From: a bacterium
Lineage (GTDB): Archaea > Thermoplasmatota > E2 > JACPAO01 > JAHFTW01
NCBI GenBank assembly: GCA_040390065.1
Contig: JAZJZE010000005.1
Location: 64,001 to 128,000 of the forward strand
DNA length: 64,000 bases
Reading direction: 5' to 3'
In this document: piece after piece, positions 37,215 to 45,950 of the stretch
Layout of the letters: each line of letters opens with the position of its first letter
Numbering within the stretch: the first letter of the stretch is position 1
The notes under the pieces: model-generated
Seen by the model: the letters and a program-made list of their open reading frames with translations, nothing else
Databases searched by the model: none
Told to the model about the DNA's origin: nothing
Translations under genes and position numbers: made by a program

Positions 37215-37254
37215 GATTGTGTTTGCGACGCCACGCCCCTCCAAAAGGCTTCAG

Positions 37255-37379
37255 GGGGTCGAGGGGGCGCGAGCGCCCCCGCGTGGGGGTTGAAGGGAAG
37301 GGGGCGAAGCCCCCTTCCAAGCCGACCCGGTGAGCGCAGCGAACCGGGTCCAGCGGGCGTGTCGACGGAGCCAGCCGTC
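37255..37379. repeat. Family B hairpin insert between the duplicated tRNA promoter/5' ends
   Basis: Four stems: GGGGGCGC-GA-GCGCCCCC, GGAAGGGGGC-GAA-GCCCCCTTCC, GACCCGGT...ACCGGGTC, CGACGG-AGCCAG-CCGTCG. Confidence 0.75.
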
Positions 37380-37443
37380 GATACCAAGCTACCCCAAAGG
37401 CCCGATTGTGTTTGCGACGGCACGCCCCTCAAAAAGGCTTCAG
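37380..37443 (-). repeat. Duplicate of tRNA-Pro promoter plus first 24 nt
   Basis: 62/64 identical to 37191-37254. Confidence 0.9.
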
Positions 37444-37506
37444 CCTGGCGTGGGGGGCCATCGGCCATCCGTTTCACCGTTTTCCCGGACTTCCTGGCCT
37501 TCCCGG

Positions 37507-40404
37507 CTAGTTCCGCGCCCACACTGCGACGGCCAGCATGGCCAGCAGGATGAGGAGCACGCCGGCGCCGCCGACGAACCAGCCCCAGATGGGGAACGAG
37601 TCGCTGGCTTCCGTGGCCTTGACGGCCGCGGTGGGGCGTTCTGCGGTGGTCACGGGTGCTGGTGGTGCGCTCGTGACGAGTGTCGTCTGCTGGAACAGGA
37701 GGATGGCGCCGTCGGTGGACTTGGCCAGCATGCGCACGGTGTAGTTGCCCTGGACCTTGTAGGTGTGGTCGATCGGTCCCGTCGAGGCGACCGGGTCGCT
37801 GCCGTCGCCGAAGTCCCAGACGAAGTCGTCTGCCGTCACGACGGGGTCGGCCGTGACGAGGCCCTTGTCGCCGCTTTGCAGCGTGAAGCCGGGGCCGGTG
37901 TAGAGCTTGGAGACGACCAGGACCTGCACCGTGTCGGTGTTGGTGGACTTGCTGTCGGAGACTTCGAGGGTGTAGACGAAGGTGCGGCCGACCGAACCGG
38001 CCGGCACCGTGAAACTCGGGGCCTTCGCGGTCGCGCTGTCGAGCGCGGGCGCACCCGTTCCACGGGCCTTCCACAGGTAGGTGAGCGCGTCGTTGTCGGC
38101 ATCGGTCGAGCCGGAACCGTCGAGGGTCACCTTGTCGCCTTCATGGGCTTGGATGGAACCACCGGCTTTGGCAATCGGGTGGTGGTTGGCAATGGAGATT
38201 GTCACGACGACGTCATCGGGCAGGGACTCGTGCGTGCCGTCGCCGACCACGAGCGCGAAGCCCAATTCGACCGAGTTGCCATCGGCGAGGGTCGGCGCCG
38301 CAAACGTGGCGTCCTGGGTGTCTGCGTCCTTCAGGTCGACCGCGATGCCGGAGACTTGGTGCCAGTGCCACGAGGTCGCATCGACGCCGTTGGCGATGCC
38401 GTGCAACGTCACCGTTGCGCCCTCGCTGGCGGCGAAGTCGTCGCCCGCGAAGGCACCCGGCGAGGGGTCGCCTGCCGCCGGGCCGTCGTTGGGGACGCCT
38501 CCCGAGATGGTGATGGACATGGTGCTGCAGCCGACGCCGCTCAGGCCTGAGTTGTCCTTGACCGTCAAGCAGACGGCGTAGTCGCCCGCGCTGCTGTACG
38601 TGTGCTGCGCGTAGCGGTCCGTCGACGACGTGCCGTCGTTGAAGTCCCAGAGCCAGTCGTGCAGTTCTGCCGAGCCGTCGGGGTCGGAGGAGGTGTCGGT
38701 GAAGCCGACCGGTGTGCCCACGGGGACCGAGACCGGATGCGTGAAGCCGGCGGCGGGCGGGTCGTTGATGCATGTGACGGTGATCGTGACCGTGCCGACG
38801 TTGCTGTACGCGGGCGGCGTCAGTCCAGTGGGGGCGTAGTTGTCCTCCAGTTGGTACGTGAACGAGTCGCTGCCGCAGAAGTTGGAGTTCGGTCGGTAGC
38901 GGAACCCGCCGGTCAGGGAGATGGCAGGGCTCGGGCCCGCACCGTTGAACATGAGGAGGGTTCCGGCGCCCGGACCGGTCACGATGGTCACGGGCTCTGC
39001 ATCGAGGTTCGGCGTCGCGGGGGCGAATTGCACATCGTCTACGTCCACGTCATTGCACTTGACGCCAAACGGCGGCGTCAGGCAGGAAGTGCCGATGAGG
39101 AGGTACGACGAGCCGCAACTCGTGGCGGAGGTCGCGCTGCAGTCCTCGTTCATCGTGTAGCCGTCGGCGACCGGTGCCGGCGGATCGGCTTGGCACTGCA
39201 CGTCGAACTTGACCTTGACCGGCTGGCTTGCCGTCGGCCCATACGCGTTCCAGGCCGAATCGACGACGCGGAACTCGAGGTAGTCGGGGACCGTGAAGGG
39301 GACGCCGTTGCAGTAATCGGCGTCGGGGTTGTAGGTGACGACGTCGAACGTCGGGCATGGGCAGCCGCCAGCCGGTGCCGCAAACGTGTAGGGGTAAGCG
39401 CCGCACGACGGCGGGGCGCCCGCCAGGCTGCCGTACGACGGCTGCGTCTCGATGCAATAGCCGCGGATGCTGTCGCCGTTGGCGGGGTCGTCGATGTCGG
39501 CGCCAGCCAAGGGGACCGTGACGGGCGTTGCGCATCCGGAGGTGGGCACGGTCGTCGTGCAATCCTCGTCGAGGGCAACCGTCGCGGGCGCGGCCACGGG
39601 GGTGGCGTCGCGGTAGAACAGGATGGCCCGGTTGGAAAGGTCCACTGCGGTCGTGCCGGGGCCTTGCCAGAAGTAGGTGAGACCGCCGTCGTCCAGGGTG
39701 GGCGTCATGGCATCCGTGTTGGCGCCGTCGGATTCGATGCCGACGAGCGTGCCCTGTCCGGAGCCGCCAGCGGCTGGCACGTAGGCTGCGTTCTTCATCC
39801 AGACGCGCACGTCGCCCGTGTTCTCCTGCAGCCGGATCTGGAACGTCACAAGCGTCGCGCTGCACGGTGCGGGAGGCTCGTACAGGGGCACGTCGGTCCA
39901 TTGGACGACGAACTCGCGGTCCGGCGCAGTGCCGACCATCGCGTACCGGATGGTGCCGGAGCAAGCGACCTGTTCATTGTTGACGAAGAGGCCGGCGATG
40001 TAGTGGTTCGGGTTGGCGGTGTTCGGCGCGGAGACCGGCGTGAACGAGGTCGGGTCGGGGCCCGTCGTCATCTCGGCGAGGTTGAGGCCGATGTAGCCGT
40101 TCTCGTGGACGTAGACGTTCGCGCCGGCATAGTTGGTGCCGTAGAAGTTGAACTTGAAGTCAGCCGGCAAGACGAGGGCCGCGCTGGGCCCGTCCTTGAC
40201 CAAGGTCGGGACGTTTGCCCCGGTCAGGCTGATGTCGTTGGGGCCCCAAGTCATCGCGCCGTAGGGCCACGATGGGTCGTTGCTGTCGATGAAACGGTAC
40301 AGGCCGGCATCGGCGGTGGCGGGTGGAATGACGGCGTTTGCATGGGGCGCCAGCAGGACGACCGCGGCCAGGCCGAGCAGGGCAAGGGCGGGCAGGGACC
40401 GCAT
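37507..40404 (-). CDS. Large surface protein A1 (NIDO-like head, Ig-like repeats, PKD domains, TM)
   Basis: AGGTGA Shine-Dalgarno-like site; signal peptide MRSLPALALLGLAAVVLLAPHANA; YRFIDS...FNFYG...ENGY head; WDFNDG/WDFGDG; C-terminal TM. Confidence 0.88.
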   Translation of the reverse strand: MRSLPALALLGLAAVVLLAPHANAVIPPATADAGLYRFIDSNDPSWPYGAMTWGPNDISLTGANVPTLVKDGPSAALVLPADFKFNFYGTNYAGANVYVHENGYIGLNLAEMTTGPDPTSFTPVSAPNTANPNHYIAGLFVNNEQVACSGTIRYAMVGTAPDREFVVQWTDVPLYEPPAPCSATLVTFQIRLQENTGDVRVWMKNAAYVPAAGGSGQGTLVGIESDGANTDAMTPTLDDGGLTYFWQGPGTTAVDLSNRAILFYRDATPVAAPATVALDEDCTTTVPTSGCATPVTVPLAGADIDDPANGDSIRGYCIETQPSYGSLAGAPPSCGAYPYTFAAPAGGCPCPTFDVVTYNPDADYCNGVPFTVPDYLEFRVVDSAWNAYGPTASQPVKVKFDVQCQADPPAPVADGYTMNEDCSATSATSCGSSYLLIGTSCLTPPFGVKCNDVDVDDVQFAPATPNLDAEPVTIVTGPGAGTLLMFNGAGPSPAISLTGGFRYRPNSNFCGSDSFTYQLEDNYAPTGLTPPAYSNVGTVTITVTCINDPPAAGFTHPVSVPVGTPVGFTDTSSDPDGSAELHDWLWDFNDGTSSTDRYAQHTYSSAGDYAVCLTVKDNSGLSGVGCSTMSITISGGVPNDGPAAGDPSPGAFAGDDFAASEGATVTLHGIANGVDATSWHWHQVSGIAVDLKDADTQDATFAAPTLADGNSVELGFALVVGDGTHESLPDDVVVTISIANHHPIAKAGGSIQAHEGDKVTLDGSGSTDADNDALTYLWKARGTGAPALDSATAKAPSFTVPAGSVGRTFVYTLEVSDSKSTNTDTVQVLVVSKLYTGPGFTLQSGDKGLVTADPVVTADDFVWDFGDGSDPVASTGPIDHTYKVQGNYTVRMLAKSTDGAILLFQQTTLVTSAPPAPVTTAERPTAAVKATEASDSFPIWGWFVGGAGVLLILLAMLAVAVWARN

Positions 40405-40469
40405 CACGGTACGACCGCCTTCACCTGTTGGGGGAAACCCAAGGACCACACTGTCCCACTTTGCTGCAT

Positions 40470-40488
40470 ACACTTGAAGTTTGTGGCC
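40470..40488 (-). promoter_or_regulatory. Putative BRE/TATA-like promoter of A1 (related motifs precede A2-A5)
   Basis: GGCCACAAACTTCAAGTGT; compare CCCCGCAAAGTTCAAGTGT (45874-45892) and GGCCGGAAAGTTCAAGTGG (50167-50185). Confidence 0.55.
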
Positions 40489-40542
40489 ACTTTCGGGGGA
40501 AGCCGGAGCCTGCCGCCTCTGTTGGGGACGAGGCCCGGCCAT

Positions 40543-43500
40543 CTAGGCGGACCGTGCCGCCGGCTTGCGGCGCAGGGCAAGCCAGGCCGCCAGGCCGGCC
40601 ACGACCAGGAGGGCCGCACCCAGGGCGATCCACAGGGCCAGCGCGCCGCCGCCCGAACCGCCGGTTGCGACGACATCGCGCAAGCGCGCGTCGGAGGCCT
40701 TGACGTCGGTCGGCTGCTGCGCAAGCGTCGCGGTGCCTGATGCGTCCTTCATCGTGATGACGTAGGTGCCCTGCGTGGCATACAGGTGCGTCGACGGGCC
40801 GGTGGTCTTGACCGCAGGCGAGCCGTCGCCGAAGTCCCACGTGTGCAGCGTCGTCGTGTCGTCGGGCACGACCACGACGGTGCCGTCGCTGCCCGGCGTC
40901 GCCGTGAAGGCGGGAGCCATGGGCGGCGGCAGGACGGCGCCGTTGACGGTCACCGTCATGATGGCCATGGCCGAACCGGTGCCGTCCGTCACTTCGAGGG
41001 CAAAGCGCAGACGGCTTCCGTCAGCCGGCACGACGAAGGAGGCCTTGGCGGAAGTCGGGTCCGTGATGGCGACCGGGACGCCTTCGAGTTGCGTCCATGC
41101 GTAGGCGAGCGCACCCGTGCCGGTCGAGGCGGAGCCGTCGAGGACCACGATGTCGCCGACGTCGGCCGTTGCATCAGGGCCGACCTTGGCCGACGGGCCG
41201 GTCGTTCCTGCGCGGACCGTCACGGTGACTCCCGAAATCGCGGAACGCGCGCCGTCGTGCACAGTGAGCTCGAAGAAGAGTTGCGTCGGGTCGGCGGGGG
41301 CGACGAAGGTCGGCGATGCGCCAGAGCCTTGCAGCGATGCCGTGGGCCCGAACGTCTGGTGCCATTCGTACGTCGGCGTGCCTTGGGCGCCCGTCGACGA
41401 GCCACGCAGCGTGACCGTCGCACCTGGGGCGACCTCTTGGGCAGAGCCTGCACTGGCCGTAAGCGGAGGCGGTGGAGGCGGCGGGTTGCTGCCGGAGCCG
41501 CTCGAGGAGCCGCCTGAGCCGGATTCGCCGGGACCGGGGCTTGCGGAGCCGCCGCCGTTGGCGGGACCCGTCGCGGCTTGCACACTGACGGTCTTGCACA
41601 TTGGAGCCGTGCTGGGCACGCCCCACTCATCGGATGCGACCAGGCAAGCCTGGAACGAACCGGCGGATGCGTAGACGTGGCTGGGGTTGCGTTGGCTGCT
41701 CGTGTAGCCGTCGCCGAAGTTCCACGACCAGTAGTTGATGGAGCTGCCCTGGTCCGGGTCCGTCGAGGCATCGACAAAGGTGACGCCGTCGCCTGCATGC
41801 GGGTTGGCCGGCGCAAACGAGTAGTGCGACACGGGCGGCGTGTCGGGCTTGACGAGGATGGTCACCTTGGCGCATCCCGTGCTCGTTGCCGGTGTGTTGT
41901 CCTTGGCCTTGTAGTAGAACCAGTCCGTGTATTGCGCGCTGCCCGTCGGGTGGTAGATGAAATGCCCGTTGGACCCGGGCGTCACCCACGCACCGGCAAA
42001 CTGCGGCCCCGAGCAAATGGAGTCGATCGTCAGGCCCTGCGCCGCGTAGGCTGCGTCGAGGTCGATGTCGTTGGCAACAACGGGGTCGTACCCGCGCGCC
42101 AGTGTATCGAGGTCATGGCCGAGCACACCGATGTAGAACGGGTCGTCCACCGGGGTGGGCGCGTCGTTGATGCACGTGACCGGCAGCGATTCGGTGCCAG
42201 TGGCAAAGTTGGTGCCGTCCGACTCGATCACCTTGAACGTGAAGGAGTCCAGCGCCGCCCCCGACGGGAGGCTGTTGCAGTAGTTGGAGTTCGGCGTGTA
42301 CGTGAAGCTCGGCGACGTCGACGTCGTACCGCACGTGGGCAGGACCGAGATGGTGCCGAAGGAGGGGCCGCTCAGGCGGCAATACTTGAGCACGTCGCCA
42401 TAGGGTGTGTCTGCATCCGTGCCGGCAACCGAAGCGCCCGAGGTGACCGTGTCCTCATTTGTCGCACTGGCCGTCGCGGTCGTTGCAGTCGGCAAGTCGT
42501 TGACGTGCGTCACCGTGATGGTGACGACACCAATCGTGTCAGTGTTGCCAGGCGGAGGATTCGTCAAGTCATGCATCTTGTACTGGAACGAATCCGTGCC
42601 CTCGAAATCCGTGTCCGGCGTGTACGCGAAATTGCCGTTTGGCGCAAGCGGCGTCGACAGGACGCCGTTGCTTGGACCGGATTGCAGCGTGACCTGAACG
42701 GAATCCTTCGGGCCGTTCGTGTCATTGCACAGCACGCCGTAGTACGGACCTCCCGCCCAAGTGGACGTGGCTGCGCCGCAGGCCGAGGCCGAGAAGGTCG
42801 TTTCCTCCGCCGTCGACCACGCGCTGTCGTCCACGGTGCGAGGATCGGCCGCGATAACGTGGATGGTGACGGTCGTAACGCCGCCCACCGCCGCGCTCGG
42901 GCTGTCCTTGGGCTGGTACGTGAACGTGCACGTGTCGAAGTCCAGGGGACTGTACTTGAACGTGAAGGCGCCCGTCGTAGCCGTCCCCGAGATGGAGCCG
43001 TACGTTGGATGCATGGCGCAAGTGACCCCGGAGAATGCGGTGGCGGTCAGCGTGTCAGCGGAGCCGGTGTACCATTGCATGTCGTAGTCGAAGTCGTTGC
43101 ACAGGACGCCGTCGCTGGAGCCGCACAATCCGGCACCAGGGTAGACGGGGGCCTTGGCGGCAAACGGCGTCGACGTGGCGAAGACGGAGTAGTCGTCCGC
43201 GACGCCAACGGGGGCATCGTTGACGCACGACACCGTGATGGAGAACGTGCCGTCCGTAGCGGCCACCGTCGCAGCCACATCGCGGGTCCTGTACGTGAAC
43301 GAGTCGGATCCGCAGTCGTTGGCGCTTGGCGTGTAGCTCGCCAACGGCATGTTCAGGCTGACGCCCGTCATGGTCGTGAGCCCGTTGTAGGTCCCGCACG
43401 TGGGCAGCGTGGTCGCCCCGCGCGTCGGCGGCGTGACCTGGCAGAACTGGATCTGGTCGTTCGTGGGCGCGTTCGGGTTGTTGTCCACGTCGCCGCCCGG

Positions 43501-45840
43501 GACGTTGATGGCCGTCGCCGTGTCCTCCGCGATGGCCACGGGGCCGGCGCCCGGCGCAGTTGGCGCATCGTTGACGCATGTGACCGTGACGGATTCCTGG
43601 GCCGGTGGGCCCTGCGCCTTCGTGTCCCATCCGGCGATGCTGAACGTGTCCGCCGTGCCGCTGGGGCTGTTGCAGTAGTCGGCGTTGGGGCGGTAGTACA
43701 CCGTCGCCACGCCATTCGATCCAAAGTACGTCGCCGAGGCACACGTCGTTGCCGCAACGTCAGGCCCGAGGGAGGAGTAGACGGTGCCCTTTGCAGGCGC
43801 CGCCGATACGCAGAATTTCTCGTTGGACGCAGGATCATCCGTGTCCGCGGGACTGTTGGCGACCGCGATGGCCGAAGAGGCCAGCCCGCCGCACGTCGTC
43901 GCCCCACAGTCCTCCGTCATCGTGATGCCGGTGGGCGTGAGAGCCGTCTGCGGTGGTTGGTTGCAGGTGCCGGCGTCCTCCGTGATGACGACTTGGCCGC
44001 GCGCCCCTAGGCCGCCGGGCTGGTTGGTGCTGCCGCTTGCCCAGGAGCCGCCGGAGCCGCCGCCGCCGGGCGGCGTGCCGGCAACGCCTGGCGAGTTCAC
44101 GCCGGACGGGCCGTTGCCGCCGGTGCCACCGCCACCCGTACCTCCGGCGCCGCCGGCGTTCGTGGATGCTGTGGCGCCGTTGCCGGCGGATCCGGCTCCA
44201 CCGCCGCCACCGCCTGACCTGCCCGTGCCGCCGTTGTTGATGCCGGTGGCGCCATTGCCACCCATGTACGTCGGGGCTCCGATGCTGCCGGAGGCCGCTG
44301 TGCCGCCCGGCGTGCTGGCGCTGGTCGAGGCACTACCTCCGCCGCCCCCCTTGGCCATCACGGTGGTCGCGGTGGCGAACCATGAACTGGCGCCCGTGCC
44401 GCCGGCTGCCGCCGCCCCGACAGTGCCGCCTGCGCCGACCGTCACAGGGTACGACGAGGCGGGCGAAACCGTGAGTCCGACCTTGCGCGCGAAAGCGCCT
44501 CCTGCGCCCCCGCCGCCAGCATATCCTGTGGCCGCGTTGACGCCGCCGCCGCCGCCTCCACCGCCCCAGACGTCCACCGTCGCTGAGCAGACGCTGGTCG
44601 GCGGAACGTAGGTCGCCGAACCCGTGCACGTGACGACGTAGCCTGCCACGGAACATCCTGCATAGCTCGGATGGACCTCGTAGGTGACCATGGCGGCCGC
44701 GGAGATCGTGAGGCCGTCCGTCGTATCCGTGGCCGTGTAGGAGCTGAAACCGGCCGTGGTCGACGTGACCGTGAAGGATGCTCGGCCGAATGCGTCCGTC
44801 GCGGTCGCACCGGAAACGGTGTCCACCGCGCCTCGCGATGAGACGAGGCTCACCATTTTTGTGGGTGTGCAGATGTTTCCGGCCGCGTCCTTGAGGGTGA
44901 CCATGATGTTGCCGGCCGGGCCCGCCGTCGTCAGGTACTGGCTGGAGGGCGTGACCGTACTGGCCCCAACGGTGGGCGTCGAACCGCCGCATGGCGGGCA
45001 CGACCCAGGGGACTCCGTGATGACGACCTTGCCTGCGCCGCCCGCGCCTCCGGATTGGGCGATTCCAGTGAGGTCAGGGTTGTTCCCGCCGCCCCCGCCA
45101 CCGCCTGGTGCAGCGCCGGCCGCCCCGTTGGCCTGACCAGAGGAACCGGCACCGCCGTTGCCGCCGCCGGAAGCGCCACCTGCGCCTGCGCCCGGACTTG
45201 CGCCGGTGCCGCCGACTGCCGTGGTACCGGCGCCGCCGCCACCGCCGCCGCTGACGATGTTGGCGCCGTCGCCGAGGCCACCGCTTCCTCCGGCGCGCAA
45301 CGTCGTACCGATGCTGCCCGAGGTCGTGCCGACGCCTCCCGCTGAGTTCGCGCTGGATGTGGAGCCGGATCCGCCGGCGCCCCCCTTTGCAACGAGCGTC
45401 GCGGCCGAGGAGAACCAGGATTCGCCGCCCGCGCCACCGGCAGCGCCGGACGTGGGTCCAGCTACGCCTGCCGCACCCACGGTCACGGTGTAGGTGGTCG
45501 AGTCAAAGATGTCCAAGGTGCCGGCAGCGAAGGCGCCCCCGGCGCCGCCGCCAGCGGAGAATCCGGCCGCGGAAACGCCGCCGCCACCGCCACCGCCCCC
45601 CCTCGCTTCGACCTGGACGGAGCAGACGCCCGTGCTGGGCTTGTACGTGCCGGTGCCCGACGTGCATGTAATGACCGAGCCGACGAACGAGCAGGTACCT
45701 GTGACCGTGGGTGTCGCTCCGGCCCCAGGCATGAGCGTCACGGCGCCGAAGACGCCAATCACGAGGACCGCTGCAAGGAAAACGGGGCCTAGGATGTTCG
45801 ACTTAGGAAATCCACGCTGGGGGGAGTACTCTAGGGACAT
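40543..45840 (-). CDS. Large surface protein A2 (two glycine-rich domains, Big_1-like and other Ig-like repeats, PKD, TM)
   Basis: Two VxVxxxGGGGGGG...GGGAGGAF...VTVGAGG domains; TDAFGRASFTVTSTTAG; PKD motifs; TM followed by RRK. Confidence 0.88.
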   Translation of the reverse strand: MSLEYSPQRGFPKSNILGPVFLAAVLVIGVFGAVTLMPGAGATPTVTGTCSFVGSVITCTSGTGTYKPSTGVCSVQVEARGGGGGGGGVSAAGFSAGGGAGGAFAAGTLDIFDSTTYTVTVGAAGVAGPTSGAAGGAGGESWFSSAATLVAKGGAGGSGSTSSANSAGGVGTTSGSIGTTLRAGGSGGLGDGANIVSGGGGGGAGTTAVGGTGASPGAGAGGASGGGNGGAGSSGQANGAAGAAPGGGGGGGNNPDLTGIAQSGGAGGAGKVVITESPGSCPPCGGSTPTVGASTVTPSSQYLTTAGPAGNIMVTLKDAAGNICTPTKMVSLVSSRGAVDTVSGATATDAFGRASFTVTSTTAGFSSYTATDTTDGLTISAAAMVTYEVHPSYAGCSVAGYVVTCTGSATYVPPTSVCSATVDVWGGGGGGGGVNAATGYAGGGGAGGAFARKVGLTVSPASSYPVTVGAGGTVGAAAAGGTGASSWFATATTVMAKGGGGGSASTSASTPGGTAASGSIGAPTYMGGNGATGINNGGTGRSGGGGGGAGSAGNGATASTNAGGAGGTGGGGTGGNGPSGVNSPGVAGTPPGGGGSGGSWASGSTNQPGGLGARGQVVITEDAGTCNQPPQTALTPTGITMTEDCGATTCGGLASSAIAVANSPADTDDPASNEKFCVSAAPAKGTVYSSLGPDVAATTCASATYFGSNGVATVYYRPNADYCNSPSGTADTFSIAGWDTKAQGPPAQESVTVTCVNDAPTAPGAGPVAIAEDTATAINVPGGDVDNNPNAPTNDQIQFCQVTPPTRGATTLPTCGTYNGLTTMTGVSLNMPLASYTPSANDCGSDSFTYRTRDVAATVAATDGTFSITVSCVNDAPVGVADDYSVFATSTPFAAKAPVYPGAGLCGSSDGVLCNDFDYDMQWYTGSADTLTATAFSGVTCAMHPTYGSISGTATTGAFTFKYSPLDFDTCTFTYQPKDSPSAAVGGVTTVTIHVIAADPRTVDDSAWSTAEETTFSASACGAATSTWAGGPYYGVLCNDTNGPKDSVQVTLQSGPSNGVLSTPLAPNGNFAYTPDTDFEGTDSFQYKMHDLTNPPPGNTDTIGVVTITVTHVNDLPTATTATASATNEDTVTSGASVAGTDADTPYGDVLKYCRLSGPSFGTISVLPTCGTTSTSPSFTYTPNSNYCNSLPSGAALDSFTFKVIESDGTNFATGTESLPVTCINDAPTPVDDPFYIGVLGHDLDTLARGYDPVVANDIDLDAAYAAQGLTIDSICSGPQFAGAWVTPGSNGHFIYHPTGSAQYTDWFYYKAKDNTPATSTGCAKVTILVKPDTPPVSHYSFAPANPHAGDGVTFVDASTDPDQGSSINYWSWNFGDGYTSSQRNPSHVYASAGSFQACLVASDEWGVPSTAPMCKTVSVQAATGPANGGGSASPGPGESGSGGSSSGSGSNPPPPPPPLTASAGSAQEVAPGATVTLRGSSTGAQGTPTYEWHQTFGPTASLQGSGASPTFVAPADPTQLFFELTVHDGARSAISGVTVTVRAGTTGPSAKVGPDATADVGDIVVLDGSASTGTGALAYAWTQLEGVPVAITDPTSAKASFVVPADGSRLRFALEVTDGTGSAMAIMTVTVNGAVLPPPMAPAFTATPGSDGTVVVVPDDTTTLHTWDFGDGSPAVKTTGPSTHLYATQGTYVITMKDASGTATLAQQPTDVKASDARLRDVVATGGSGGGALALWIALGAALLVVAGLAAWLALRRKPAARSA

Positions 45841-45950
45841 CCGACAACCGACCGCGGTTCGACTCGGGAAGGAACACTTGAACTTTGCGGGGCTGGTCGC
45901 ACCCGCTTCTGCAGTGATATCCTCGAATTTCGTGGCGGATTTCCGGGATT

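Noticed and set aside
37380-37403. Split or permuted tRNA half
   Set aside because: A complete tRNA-Pro lies 190 bp away, and no bulge-helix-bulge or complementary leader is apparent.
43980-45600. PE-PGRS-like or collagen-like call for the glycine-rich stretches of A2
   Set aside because: There is no PE domain and no Gly-X-Y periodicity; the pattern fits generic glycine-rich domains bounded by beta strands.
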